Assembly (NCBI GenBank): GCA_951406725.2 | Contig: OX597831.1 | Coordinates: 6,200,001-6,264,000 of the forward strand | Length of the DNA stretch: 64,000 nucleotides | From: Octopus vulgaris | Lineage: Eukaryota | Direction of reading: 5' to 3' | Shown: positions 1 to 13,139 of the stretch, in pieces | Position numbering within the stretch: position 1 is the stretch's first letter | Layout of the letters: each line of letters starts with the position of its first letter | Made by a program: the position numbers and the translations under genes | The notes under the pieces: model-generated | The model's database searches: none | What the model saw: the letters and a program-made list of their open reading frames with translations, nothing else | Told to the model about the DNA's origin: nothing

Positions 1-288
1 TATGCTCCTTTCTATACATCCAGTAACGACCATGTGGCGGATCAAAGTTTATCATCACATGTAGCAGATGATATTCAACAACCAATACATTTGCCATTAA
101 CCAATCAATTGCCAAGTCTGTCATCTCAAACAAATGTGGCCCCGCCTCTTCGCAACTCACAATATTCTCCAGTTGTGAACCGATGTAAAGCAATTGGCCT
201 CCATGCAGGAAATGTTCACTTTGACCAATGGTGCGATCGTAACTGCTTCTCCTTTTGGTGTCCATCATCCCTTTGTCATTGTAGATAA
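1..288 (+). CDS. 3' terminal coding exon (5'-partial) of a protein ending in a 6-Cys putative chitin-binding module, as on molluscan AA15 LPMO or GH18 chitinase C-termini
   Basis: Frame 1 is open from base 1 (YAPFYTSSNDHVADQ...) to TAA at 286-288. A Pro/Ser/Gln-rich linker precedes CKAIGLHAGNVHFDQWCDRNCFSFWCPSSLCHC (C-x15-C-x3-C-x4-C-x4-C-x-C). Family assignment is from recall; the catalytic domain lies outside the window. Confidence 0.7.
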   Translation, partial: YAPFYTSSNDHVADQSLSSHVADDIQQPIHLPLTNQLPSLSSQTNVAPPLRNSQYSPVVNRCKAIGLHAGNVHFDQWCDRNCFSFWCPSSLCHCR

Positions 289-1039
289 CTCTAAAATATT
301 TTTGTTTGACTGTTTTTCAAGACATTCCAGTTGCTATGTGTATATTTTTGTATGTATTTATAAATTTTATAAATTTTTCCAATGACAATTGCAACTTGCT
401 CATAAACAATATGCTGGAGCAAAGCAACAAGACATTGTAATATTTGTTCAGCATTCAACAGACACACTGTGGAGAATAAGTGATTGGAAACCAACTTTAT
501 AGTTTTGGAGGGTTTTTTTTTTATTTTGATTAGACAAAAAGTCAGTCATCAAAGAATTTGAAACTAAACTGAAGCAAGTATATTACTGGTATTCATCACT
601 TAGTAATATAAAAAGCAAAATCAGCTGTGAGGGGATATGAACTCAGATACATATCATCTCAAACTATATACTGTAAAAGATCAAGTCTGGTGCTCCACCA
701 TTCGTACAATGATGGATCAGTTTTGACAATGAACATTCAATTGCTCAGTCAATTGAACTCTTTAAATTAACAAATAGTTGGATATTCCATAGACATGGGT
801 ACCCTGAACATATATTCTCAGGCCAAATCAGCATTACACTGTACGTAACAAGGCTGGACTTTTGAAATACAGGGGTAAAATCCATTAACTGGACTTCTAC
901 ATAATTTCAGTCTACTCCGTTTCACTCACAGGACATCACACTATGGGACTGAACCAAGGATACTGGGATTGCAAAGCGAACTTCTTAAACCATTTGACCT
1001 TGCCTGAACCCATAATAAACAATATCTACAACAACAATG

Positions 1040-1470
1040 ACTCCTTACTTAAGTACAAAGCCAGCGGTTTTGAAGGGTTGAGATTGTAGTGTATGCCATT
1101 GGCTTCAGTGCTTGACTGGCACTGTTTTTATCAACCCCGGAGCAATGAAAGATAAAACTGACACCAGTGGAATTTGAACTTAGAACATAAAGAGTCAGAA
1201 GTACTATAAAGCATTTTTTTTTCCAACACTCTAATGATTCTGCCAGCTCACCAGCCTAACAATAATAAGAAGAAGAACAATCATAATTCTTTCTAATTTT
1301 GGCAAAAAGCCAGCGATTTTAAGGGGAGGGGACAAGTTGGTAACATCGATACCAGTACTTGACTGGTACATATTGTATTGATCCGAAAAGGATGAAAGAT
1401 AAAGTTGACCTCAGTGGAATTTGAACTCAGAAGAAATGCTGCCAAGCATTTTGGCCAATATGCTCATGAT
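1040..1470 (-). mobile_element. Two degenerate SINE family B copies
   Basis: Both contain the gactggtac...gaaagataaa...gacctcagtggaatttgaactcagaa motif shared with the clearer copies at 43800-44222. Confidence 0.6.
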
Positions 1471-1499
1471 TCAAATAATGGAGAGACGTGTCCACACAT

Positions 1500-1815
1500 A
1501 TGGAGATGCACACCCATACATATAAACATGGTACATAGTTGCAAAACACACACACACACACAGACATGCACACAGAGGGAGACAGAGGTGCATACATATA
1601 CACACACATACATAAAAAATACACAAACACGGACATGCAGCACATGAATATGCAGGATACATACATACAGATCCACACACATACATACATACATATATAT
1701 ATATGCATACACACACATATATACATACACACAAGCATACATACATACATACATACATGCATAGGCACACACACACTGACCCACACACATGCGCACAAAC
1801 AAACAAACAAAAAAA
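1500..1815. repeat. Compound (CA)n/(CATA)n microsatellite
   Basis: Seen directly; explains the low-complexity ORFs at 1405-2015. Confidence 0.9.
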
Positions 1816-2127
1816 GGAACGCAGTGTAAATAACGGACAAGAGTCAAGACTATTGAAAAGGTTGCAAGATGCAAAAAAAATTTTTTAGGAAAATAAAAAT
1901 AAGAAATAAGCGGAAATTTTACTGGTGAGTTTGTTAAGTTATAAGACATTAAAGGAAAATGACTCTCCCCAGACACAACAGAATAATTTCTAGAAATAGA
2001 AACAAAACTATACATTTTGATTAAGAGAAGTCACAATTAATGTAAATGACAGCACAACTTGACTAGAATAGAAGAAATAAGGCATGATTATAAAGAGTGA
2101 CAATAATTATCTAGACAGAGATCACCC

Positions 2128-2626
2128 TAATTAAACTTATAATTATATATAATCATACTTATTAATTAAACTTATAATTATATATAATTATACTTATTAA
2201 TTAAACTTATAATTATATATAATTACTAGTTAAAAATAAAACTTATAATTATATATAATTACTAGTTAAAAATTAAACTTATAATTATATATAATTACTA
2301 GTTAAAAATTAAACTTATAATTATATATAATTACTAGTTAAAAATTAAACTTATAATTATATATAATTACTAGTTAAAAATAAAACTTATAATTATATAT
2401 AATTACTAGTTAAAAATAAAACTTATAATTATATATAATTACTAGTTAAAAATAAAACTTATAATTATATATAATTACTAGTTAAAAATTAAACTTATAA
2501 TTATATATAATTACTAGTTAAAAATTAAACTTATAATTATATATAATTACTAGTTAAAAATTAAACTTATAATTATATATAATTACTAGTTAAAAATTAA
2601 ACTTATAATTATATATAATTACTAGT
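2128..2626. repeat. 36-bp AT-rich minisatellite, about 13 copies
   Basis: Unit aattaaacttataattatatataattactagttaaa; ACTAGT recurs at 2225, 2261 and onward; each unit carries the palindrome taattatatataatta. Confidence 0.95.
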
Positions 2627-2879
2627 TGAGATACCCAGCATTGCTCAGGAGTAAAATGGCATAGTTTGTATATAAATATATTACAGTTAGGTTGAAACAG
2701 GTAATACAGGAAAGTGCAGCATTGACAACAAAACATTTGTGGAGTAAATGATGGGCTAATTCGACTTAGCAACATGCTTATGCATCTGTTTAGAGTATTT
2801 CAGGCCCTAACCTGTCATGGAAAATTGGAGGGGAGGGGGTTATGTGATTTTTGAACACACCAAAAAGCTGTTAGTGGCT

Positions 2880-3678
2880 ATACTCTCTATTGCAGTAGTC
2901 TGCGTTGTCTAACTCAATCCATCATCTGAAATTTTGACACCTCCTTCAGGTTTGTTGCCCTACATCACTCATAAAAGTAAATTTGGAGGAACTGTGGTTG
3001 TTCTTTTGTGGGTAATAGGGAACCAATGAGGTGATAGACTTGCCCTTGAACTTTGACATCAGTGTAAATTCATGTTTAAGTATCTTCTTGGATGCAGTAA
3101 ACGATGTCATTTGAAATGCAGAGTTGTATTGTCTGATATTGTCCAGAAAATCCTTTGACCGGATGGAAGTGCCTTGTAGAAGATCTATAAGAGGTTGAGA
3201 AGCAGCTGGTAGTGCTGGCAATATTACCTGACCACCTGAGGAGCGCATACCATTTGTTTCATTTGAAAATTTTAAAGCTCTACAGAAAAGACAATTTGTG
3301 TTTATCACACCAATTTGGACAGAGTTATCATTTTTATAAGAATTAGATGGATCATACCTGAAAATAGCTTCAGGAGTTGTGAAGAGCGAATTTGTACATA
3401 ATTTGTTTCTGATAGCTAGTCTATTGGGCCTTTGTCTAATCAGTAAAACATTAATTTAATAATCCAGCATCAAGTGCTGCAGCATGCATTTGCTGATCTT
3501 GGGAAAGTCTCATCTCCCTTCTCTCTTGAGACTCCATCTGATGTACTGCAGCATCCCTTTGCTGATCTTGAGAAAATCTCATCTTGCTTCTCTCTTTAGA
3601 CTCTCGCCTTCGGTTTTCTACAATCGTCTTTGCTTTGTACTTGTTTCTGGACAGATTATGTCTTTTCTTTGGTGGCAT
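2880..3678 (-). mobile_element. Helitron Rep/helicase N-terminal fragment (pseudogenised)
   Basis: GQVILPALP...LLQGTSIRSKDFLDNIRQYNSAFQMTSF (2946-3308) matches the Helitron N-terminal FLxNIRxYNSAFQMTSF motif. It is preceded by a charged MPPKKR...ESQERREMRLSQDQQ repeat region (3451-3678). Frameshifts are present. Confidence 0.8.
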
Positions 3679-4282
3679 ATTTTTTTACAATATTATAAAC
3701 AAAAAATTATACATTAATCCCTATTTTTGTAAGCAGTTGTATGTATGTAGTATGTCTTTATTTTTGCATGCAGTATAAAAATTAACCAAAGAGGAGCACG
3801 TGTATGAACTTCTAATTGAACGGTAAATGTGTATTTTTATATACCTTGGACCTGCCACCTCTTTGTTTTTTTGTCAAGAGTTTCACTTCCTGCCGTTTGT
3901 TATGTCAGTCAACACATACACTGACACACCATTCTGCTCTGGTGGCTGTAAAGATGGAAAGTTTCTGATGCGTAATGTTGTTCACATTAGAATTAAAACT
4001 GAAAGAATGAAAGTGAAACAATATTATAGCCTTATCAATTTGTAGATGATAAGCAACTTTCTTTGTTATAGTACAGATGTGACTAATTTGGCGAAACATT
4101 ACTTACATTATTGAAACATCGTCAGCCACTCTCATAATGCAACACATTGTCATTTTGGTTGAAATTGAAAGTGTGAAATTATTTTCACTTTCTAATGAAA
4201 CCTGGTCGTTGTAGAGCAGCATCTTTCAAATAACTAAAGCTGGTTGTTGATAACATAGAATATATGTAAATGAAAATATGTT

Positions 4283-4766
4283 GGATCTTTTCCTTTTGAA
4301 CGGCAGACAATTTCTAGTTAACTAAACACTTTAAAACTTCGTATACTGGTAGAATGTGTCAAAATAAAACATTTTTTTCTCTTGGCTTTCTTGAGAAAAT
4401 TGTAATTTGTTTGTTTAACGTAGTTTAATTTTTCGAATTTTAACCAATCCTATGCTCTCTTTTGAGCTAAAATCTTTTGCTGCGTCTAAAACTGAGACAA
4501 CATCCTGTAACTAACCCTAACCCTAGTTAGTTACAGGATGTCATCTCAGTTTTAGACGCAGCAAATGATTTTAGAGATAATCGATTGGTTAAAATTGCCG
4601 AAATGCTCGGATTTTCAGACGAAATATCTTACAAACTATAGAATTTTCTCAAGAAAGCCAAGAAAAAATGATGTTTTATAAACACATTCTACCAGTATAC
4701 GAAGTTTAAAAGTGTTTAGTTAACTAGAAATTGTGTTGACATCTGCCGTTCAAAAGGAAAAGATCC
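4283..4766. mobile_element. Almost fully palindromic MITE, GG...CC termini, 8-bp TSD (Merlin/MULE-like)
   Basis: TIR ggatcttttccttttgaacggcaga / tctgccgttcaaaaggaaaagatcc; arms of about 230 bp; centre taaccctaaccctag; flanks aatatgtt/aatatatt (7/8). Confidence 0.85.
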
Positions 4767-5329
4767 AATATATTTGTTAGCCAAAAAATTACTGAATGTT
4801 TTGATACCCCATACATGATGAAAATGAGCAACCCAATTTTCAAATGCACAAGGAACATACACGTGCACACACATGCATGCATGCACACACACACAAACTC
4901 TCTCTCTCACTCACTTTTAGAACGTACACAAGGTATGAAACATCAGAATTTCTCTGTCACCCATAATCCCTGCCTTTCCATCTTCTATAGAAACTTGTTT
5001 CCTGTCTCCATATGAAATGGACGTGTGTGTGTGTGTGTGTGTGTGAGGGGGAGATAGAGAGAGAGAGAGAGAGAGTGACTGAGCGAAGGTGTGTGTTGTG
5101 ATGATTGATATCTTTGAAGGTACACACACACATATAGAAAATGTGACGTCATCATCGTCGTCATAAAAAATGTTGATTTATGGAAAAGATTATAATGTTA
5201 AATTTGCGAAATGCAAATATGTGAATAAAAATTAGGTTCAATTTGTAGCCAAAATAGTACTAAATATTTTGATACTCAATATGTCAAAATCAGTAGCTCA
5301 GTTTTGGAATGCATAAGGAATATATATAT

Positions 5330-5540
5330 ATAGAACAGACTTCTTTCAAACTGAAATACTGTAAGAGATAAGAGATTGCTCTGGGCTCACATTAGGCAAG
5401 AAGTTGAAATTTTTTTGGCCCATGACACTGCATGGACTCTAAGTAAGGCATGTATAAAATTCGAGTGAAATTAGTTGTGTAGTTCTTGAGTTTTAGGGAT
5501 TCACACAGACAAACAGACAGACACATTCTCATCTTTATAC
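5330..5540 (-). mobile_element. Possible non-autonomous Helitron-like element
   Basis: The minus strand begins tataaagatgagaatgtgtctgtctgtttgtctg and ends ...gtctgttcta, resembling short Helitrons with (CTGT)n near the 5' end. Confidence 0.4.
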
Positions 5541-5544
5541 TCTT

Positions 5545-5770
5545 TACTCTTTTACTTGTTTCCGTCATTTGACTGCAGCCATGCTGGAGCACCGCCTTTT
5601 TAGTCGAGCAAATCGACCCCAGGACTTATTCTTTGTAAGCCTAGTACTTATTCTATTGGTCTTTTTTGCCGAACCGCTAAGCTACGGAGACGTAAACACA
5701 CCACCATCGGTTGTCAAGCAATGTTGGGGGGACAAACACAGACACACAAACACACACACACACACACATA
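5545..5770 (-). mobile_element. SINE family A, 3' portion
   Basis: Reverse complement of the ...gataagtact...ggcggtgctccagcatggccgcagtcaaatgactgaaacaagtaaaagag tail seen at 8728-9120. Confidence 0.8.
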
Positions 5771-5903
5771 TATAGATAGAAGTCTGGTGCAGCCATCTGG
5801 TTTGCTAGCCCTCAGTCAAATCATCCAACCCATGCTAGCATAGAAAGCGGACGTTAAACAACGACAACGACGCTGCTGCTGCTGATGATATATATATATA
5901 GAC

Positions 5904-5946
<43 letters not shown>

Positions 5947-7011
5947 CAGACAGATAGATAGACAGACAGACAGATAGATAGATAGATAGATGTATATATA
6001 AAACACACTACAAAGAAAATGATGACAGTGACGTCTATGATCACTCAGCCCGCAAGACATAGCAGCAAAACCCACCTCAAATCATAAGCTTCTCTCTTTT
6101 ATAAGTGAGGAAAAGTCAGGGAAACACAATAATGCAGTGTTTGATATGCAAAACAAATTGGCATAGTCATGGCTGGAGTTCCAGTGACTATATCTCTTCT
6201 TGATCAGAGGTGATCTGGTGCTAAACAACAACAATGAAAAGAAAGCCTCTATGTGGTTGCTAGACCTGTTAGAAACAGCAGCCAATCTAACCTCAAATCA
6301 TGACCTCTCATCTCTATAAAAAAATCAAAGACACTTTAGACAGTTATGAAGTTATACAAAAAGTTGAGGTGGTCATGACTGGAACATCGTTGATCATTGG
6401 TCTTCTCAACCAGACTTGATCTGGGACTTAAGACTACCAGCACCGCAAGTATTAGTATACCAACAACAATAATCTAACAAAGAGGCTTCTGTGTGGTTCC
6501 TCAATCTGCTGGAATTAGTAGTCAGGTCTTCCTTAAATTATGCCCTGTGTAATTTAATACACAGTGTCTGAAATACAGATAGATTCATTGTCAGTGAAAT
6601 AGCTTTCATCATAGATCTACTCAATCAGGCAATAAAGCATCAGCAATATTGTTTGTACATAACCAACAGTAAGGCAATAATATCAGAAATTATATAAGTA
6701 ATATTAGTAATATTGATTTCTAAAATATTAGCACTGGGTCAGGTCACACATTTTCACAGGTGAAGTTGATTAAATTAATGGTAAAGACTTCAGTTATCAT
6801 TCTGCAGTTTCAAGTTGGAACATAAGATAAGAAGATAAAGTAGAACATGAATAAAAACCATACTAGAACTCTGAACAACTATTTATAGTCAATTCTAAAA
6901 CTAAGCCTACAAGACATAGTTTGCATACTATGCAATATACTTTCACTTCAATTGCACAAATGAGTACCTTTCTGCACAACTCACACATTTTACTCATTCA
7001 AATCCTATTAA

Positions 7012-7230
7012 CCCTTTAGTATTTCAACCGGCCATATCCGGCCAAAATAGTTAATCTGTTTTATGTTCAAACTGACCAGATCCAGGCTCTCACACCTACC
7101 CTACAATGTTATTCTACATTTAGTAATTACACCATCAAGATCTTGAAGATATGAGATAATGCATGATTAATTCAAATCAATGGGAATCAATAAGCATTAT
7201 GTTTGATAGAATAATCTGAACACTAAAGGG
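7012..7230. mobile_element. piggyBac-type MITE
   Basis: TTAA|ccctttag...ctaaaggg|TTAA; inverted copy of 47289-47509. Confidence 0.85.
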
Positions 7231-7429
7231 TTAAATTGCTCATATACACAAAAAAATTCTTTAGAATCAGTACCCAGTACCTAATAACACGACACATAAT
7301 CAACAGCCAAATATTATAATCCACACAACATACATTTTATACAAAAACACGTAACACTAAAGAAACAAGAAACAACAAAAGTAAACACTGATAAAAAAGC
7401 AGAAAGTGTGACACATGAACACTGTTATG

Positions 7430-7501
7430 TGTCTCCCTAAATGTCTCCCTAAATGTCTCCCTAAATGTCTCCCTAAATGTCTCCCTAAATGTCTCCCGAA
7501 A
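7430..7501. repeat. 12-bp tandem repeat (tgtctccctaaa) x6
   Basis: Seen directly. Confidence 0.9.
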
Positions 7502-7661
7502 TGAAAATGCGATACAATGGCGTAGAAGAAACTTGTCTGATACTTTTCAAACCATAAATACACGGGAAATTGTGGCAGAATTAGAAAATACCACAGAAAA
7601 GAAGAAGTATATACACCAGAAAAGGTCTGAGAGACAGGCAAAATTACCTTTCTCTGAGATA

Positions 7662-7955
7662 TCATCATCATCATCGTTTAACGTCCGCTTTCCATGCTAG
7701 CATGGGTCGGACGAATGACTGAGGGCTGGCGAACCAGATGGCTGCACCAGGCTCCAGTCTGATCTGGCAGAGTTTCTACAGCTGGATGCCCTTCCTAACG
7801 CCAACCACTCCGAGAGTGTAGTGGGTGCTTTTACGTGCCACCGGCATGAGGGCCAGTCAGGCGGTACTGGCAACGACCTCGCTCGAATCTTTTACACATG
7901 TCACCGGCACAGGTGCCAGTAGGGCGATGCTGGTAACGAACACGCTCGAATGGTG
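7662..7955 (-). mobile_element. SINE family C (RTE-related body, (GAT)n tail)
   Basis: Reverse complement of agtggttggcgttaggaagggcatccagctgtagaaac...cccatgctagcatggaaagcggacgttaaacgatgatgatg; more than 10 copies in the window. Confidence 0.8.
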
Positions 7956-8727
7956 TCAAGGCTAATTGACCAAATATTGTTGTCAAAGACTACTAAGAAA
8001 GAAAGTGCCTCCTAACTGAAGTATCAGTTCCAATCTACCAGATAATCTATTTCTAAAAGAAGTTATCCAAATACAAAGACCTGGAAATAGAGAAATATAA
8101 TCTTTATAATAATAAGAGCCTTGAGAATTATTGAAAAGTATGAAAAGAAAGACAGACCCAACACTGCAGAGCTTACAAATATACCCAACGTATGATGTCA
8201 TTTGTTTTCAAACTTCCACAAAAGTATAATGACCTTCTTGACACACTTTGACATACTGCATGACTTTTGTAAATGAAAGTCTGATTCAAACAGTGAAGTT
8301 CATTTCTAGCTCTCTGCATAACATGTGTCCATGTTGTTTGTTGTTTGCTAGACTGGGAAATTATTACCTCACTTGGAAACAAGTGGTGTCTTGCAACAAG
8401 GACTTACAGCCACAGAAAACTCTGCCTTAATGTATATTCATCTGACCCATGCAAACATGGAAAAAGTAGATGTTAAAACAATGTTGATGATAGGAGATGA
8501 CAGTCCAGGGCACTGCACTTATATCATTACATAGATTACTTTCAATACAGTAGAAAATACAACAATGAAACAAAATACTGAACTCACAACCCAGGTCACA
8601 CATGAGTACACCTGGGTGTACAGTGAAGGCAAGCAATAAAAATAAGACTTCTCAATAGTAATTTTTGCTTTTTAACAGTCTAATTTATTGTGTATATATG
8701 AAATAATAATTCTTTCTACCATAGTCA

Positions 8728-9120
8728 CAGGAGTGGCTGTGTGGTAAGTAGCTTGTTTACCAACCACATGGTTCCAGGTTCAGTCCCACTGCGTGGCACC
8801 TTCGGCAAGTGTCTTCTATAGCCTCGGGCTGACCAAAGCCTTGTGAGTGGATTTGGTAGACGGAAACTGAGAGAAGCCCGTCGTATATATGTATATATAT
8901 ATATGCGTGTGTGTGTTTGTGTGTCTGTGTTTGTCCCCCTAGCATTGCTTGACAACCGATGCTGGTGTGTTTATGTCCCCGTTACTTAGCAGTTCGGCAA
9001 AAGAGACTGATAGAATAAGTACTGGGCTTACAAAAGAATAAGTCACGGGGTTGAGTTGCACGATTAAAGGCGGTGCTCCAGCATGGCCGCAGTCAAATGA
9101 CTGAAACAATTAAAAGAGTA
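8728..9120 (+). mobile_element. SINE family A, full length (tRNA-derived head)
   Basis: Pol III A-box-like gtggctgtgtggtaag and B-box-like ggttcagtccc, internal (TA)/(TG) microsatellite, gtaaaagag tail; many copies. Confidence 0.85.
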
Positions 9121-10189
9121 AATGAGTATAGGCACAAGGGCTGTCATTTCGGGGAAGGAGATGAGTTAATTACTTTTGAAAAATCTAAGAGAACCACATG
9201 ATAATGTAAAAGTAAAGGTAAAGACCCCCTTTGATCACTAATGACCATGGCATTGCACCTAGAACGTTCCCCTCCAAACCAGCCCCACCTCCTTCCACAT
9301 CAGGAAAGAAGGTAAAGGCCAATATAGCTTCGCACCAGCGATATTGCAACTCATTCCTACAGCTGTGTGAACCGGATCAATATGAAATAAGATAAAGTAC
9401 TCAATAATACATGGTAGACACTAAACATTTGAATGGACACACCTGTCTATCTCTCCATCTATTAATCAAATCTTTCTGTTTTTTTCATCCATCTGTCTGT
9501 CTGTCTAATCTATCTATCTTTCTATCTGTCTGTCCGTCTAATCTATCTTCATATACTATCTATCCATCCCTCATTTACCTATCTGTATGTCTGTCTAATC
9601 TATCTTTCTATCTGTCTGACCTATCTTTCTGTTCTATCCTTCTATTTGTCTGTCCGTCTAATCCATCTTTCTAATCCATCTTCATATACTATCTGTCCAT
9701 CCCTCATTTACCTATCTGTCTGTCTGTCTGATGATATAGAAAATTCAGGTAAGCATTGAATAAATGAATGAACTGTAGGCAACAACAGCTTCAATTAATA
9801 AATACCCTATTTTTGATGTTGAATTGATTGTTCTAGATGGATCAATAACAAAGAAGTTGTTAGAAAGTTGAAGCTCCATTCAGTGTGTCCAATGCCATTG
9901 ACTGAAAATAACTCTGATTTAACATAAAATATTTAGAGCATAAATAATCTGGGAAGGAAAATAAGAAGCAAGCTACGACATGACACAAATATAGGATAAA
10001 CTGTCAGTGTGGTTATGTATATTATCATAAGAAAAGGTTGAGAATCAATATGTCATACACTGGTGCACACAATAAAGTCAGCCAGCTGCAACATGTACTC
10101 AGGTTAAGAAAGATAAATAATACACTTAGCTACAATACAACGATATAGCTGAAGGCAATAGGATAGGACCAAAAACAAAACTTTGCTTC

Positions 10190-11740
10190 TTCTCACCCCA
10201 AGAGCCAACTGATCCACTTGGCCAAATTGGAGATTGGTTTGGCAAGCAAACACAAACCAAGTAAAATCAACAACAACATAAGGCAGTGGTGGGGGACTTT
10301 CAATCTTACCTTAGGGCAGAGTACTAACAAAGTGATTTCATGGTTTAAATGCAACCAGAGAAGAGGTTGGACAAGGTTCACCTAAACTCAATTTAATCGC
10401 TTTTTACCCATCTATTTTCAAAGGGCTACTGGTCAAGGCACTTGCTTTCATTGATGTAATTGGCATTGATGTAATTATGCATGCCAGGAAAATATTGCTG
10501 TATAATAAATGTTTGACCTGGGTCAAACAAACTGACCCAGTAGGCTCCTCTCATTTGGTGATGGGAGCTGGAGATAGCACGGATATCTGCAATTTTATAG
10601 GACTGTATATACAAGAACACAAAAAAGAAGAGGTTCCCATCAGTCATCTCTGACCTGTACAGAGATAACACAATGACTATCTCTAGAGGAACTAACAGGT
10701 ATACCTTTGACAGGCTTAGGAAAGACCTAATTAGCACCCTTAGTTCCATAGGGCTCAAGATAACAATCAATACCCACCTCATCACTGTAAACTTTTTAGA
10801 TTATGTTAGACCTAGACAGGTCCTACTACAAACCAAACAAGAGATTGTCCTATATCAACACAGTCTCTTGCCACCTGCCTAACATGTTCAGGAACCTAGT
10901 GAAGGGAGTCAGTAGAAAGATCTTGAACCTGTCCACAAATCAGGATATTTTTGATGTCACAGCTTCCAATTACAGTGAGGCTCTGGCATCCAGTGAGTTT
11001 AAGGACTGCATCTCCTATATGCCGAGCCCTGGCACACATGGAAGGAAACACCACTGTCATTTGGTTCACCCTGCCCTTTTCTCCCAACATTAAGATTTGC
11101 ATGGGAAGAATTTTTCTTAGATTGGTGGACAAACACTTCACACTTCAGATGTTTGTTTAATAGGCATAACTTTTAGTTGTGCACCCAAATTTTAGAGAGC
11201 AAAGGACCACGTTTCGGACTTCTCCCATCTTGTGAGCTCTGGGACGAAGACCGTTTGCTCAACAGCAGAAACGACACCGACATTGCAGCCAGAAATGGTG
11301 ACAACGCCAGCAACAATGAAACCACCAGGATCATGTCCAGGAACAACAGTATTGGCAACAACAACAGTGACACCAGACCTGGAGTTAATGAAAGAAACAT
11401 TAGTAGTGGTATCACATTCAGTGCACAGACACAGAAATATATTAGTTCAACCAGGGGCCGTTTTAAGCAACATCTGAACTACTGCAGATTCTCGTTTAAG
11501 ATACTGGAAAGGTACAACATCACATCTATGATCAGCCACATATTGTACTTAAAAGAGAAAGAAACCCATACATAATTAAATGAAAGCTCCTTTAGCAACT
11601 GGGGACTTATATAAATAGGAGCAAACAATGTAAGTGTTGCTTGGCAGAGATAACCAGGATCCTAAAATACTTACTTGATCCAGGGACCCTTTTAAACTCC
11701 AGGAAAGAGGTATTTAGCTCTCATGTAAGGTAACACACAT
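10190..11740 (+). mobile_element. Degenerate Penelope-like element (RT + GIY-YIG)
   Basis: Fragments MGAGDSTDIC, LYRDN (LYRDD-like), LKITINTHLITVNFLD, YYKPNKRLSYINTVSCHLPNMFRNL, IWFTLPFS...GRIFLRLVDKHF and KYISSTRGRFKQHLN match PLE RT thumb and GIY-YIG motifs; multiple stops and frameshifts. Confidence 0.8.
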
Positions 11741-12065
11741 GACCCAACAAACCATCCTTAGAGCCGATACATTCATACATACATACATATATTCATTTAT
11801 TCTTTTACTTGTTTCAGTCATTTGACTGGCATACCACCTTAAACAATTTTAACCTAAGAAATCGACCCCCACCAGGACTTATTCTTTGTAAGCCTAGTAC
11901 TTATTGTATTAGCCACCCTTGATGAACCACTAAGTTATGTGGATGTAAACACACCAACATAGGTTGTCAAGCAATGGTGGGGTGACAAACACGGGCACAA
12001 AGACACATACATATATATATATATGAAAGAAAGTTTGAAAATGCAATTTTAAACATGTTTATTCG

Positions 12066-12105
12066 CTTGACCGGTTTCACTTTTTTAGTAAAAGATTGTC
12101 AAAAG
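12066..12105 (-). ncRNA. Minimal type I hammerhead ribozyme-like motif, U3-A8 variant
   Basis: Minus strand ctt-TTGACAA-t-ctttt-actaa-aaaag-t-GAAA-ccgg-TC-aag: stem I ctt/aag, palindromic stem III accggt, GUC triplet. Confidence 0.5.
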
Positions 12106-12290
12106 TAAAATGTAAAAGCTTTGTTGTGTTAAGTACAGATTATCACAAAAGTATTAAAATAAAGTTATACAGTCTTTGATAATAATAAAAAAATTTTAAA
12201 AACAGTTTACAAGAAAGTATTTAAGACAGTAAGCAGAATGGAACTCCAAAAAGTATTTTGAGTTCAATAAAAATCATGTTTGTTTGGTAG

Positions 12291-12410
12291 TATATATAGA
12301 CACAGAAGGAGATGTATTTAAGAATTTACAAAAACTTGTAGAGAAAATGTCAGAAAGACAGGTCAGTTATTCCTGTCAGTTTTGTGACAAATATATCTCC
12401 TTCTGTATAT
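12291..12410. repeat. Imperfect fold-back next to a (TA)n tract
   Basis: acagaaggagatgtattt ... aaatatatctccttctgt arms. Confidence 0.6.
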
Positions 12411-12501
12411 ATATATATATATAAAATAAATATAAGAGAGTGGTCACTATATTGCTCACTCTAGCACCAGTTAATCCAAAAGGTTTAAATTCTTATATAT
12501 A

Positions 12502-12578
<77 letters not shown>

Positions 12579-13139
12579 TATATATTATATATATATATTA
12601 TATATATTATATATATATACTACCAAACAAATTTCAGAGAAATTTCCCGCAGTAAAAAGTTACAATAAAAAGTTATTGCCAGGAACTTGGGCTCCTAGCT
12701 AAACAAAAGCATTGTCCATCTTGTAAAACTATACTGAGCAAAAGTGAAGTGGGTCAGAAGATCTGACTCAAAGTGCAGGTTTCAGTCCAACAAGAAACGT
12801 TGTAAAGAATCAGTGAGAAACCAAATACTACTTCGGAAAGGAACCTAGTTTGGTCATAACAATTTGTCTGGCAAAAAATTAAGAGAAAGTCTTAATTTTT
12901 TTTTCTTTTTGTTTGTTTTACAACTGACAGTGTTGGAAATTCCCAAAGTGTTTTTATTTTTCTACAAAATGAAACTTGAAATGGCATTTACCAAAAAGAA
13001 TGAGTATCGAAATAACAGCTAAATCTCGAATAAAGTCTCTTGACACATACCCACACATCTGTATGTGATGCACATACAACACGAATTCTTTGAAAATATC
13101 AAAGAAATTTCATGTTAGATACCATTGGAATTTATGGGG

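Noticed and set aside
1405-2015. ORFs rich in MYVC/HTYI/IYIY (also 12440, 16610-17549, 19848-20117, 23067-23586, 24329-24685, 26723-27084, 40643-41016)
   Set aside because: They are translations of (CA)n, (TA)n and (CATA)n microsatellites.
2128-2626. CRISPR-like array (36-bp periodicity; also the 71-bp array at 39930)
   Set aside because: Head-to-tail repeats without unique spacers, eukaryotic context, no cas genes.
4512-4525. Interstitial telomere (also 52671-52681)
   Set aside because: Only about two CCCTAA units, internal to a MITE.
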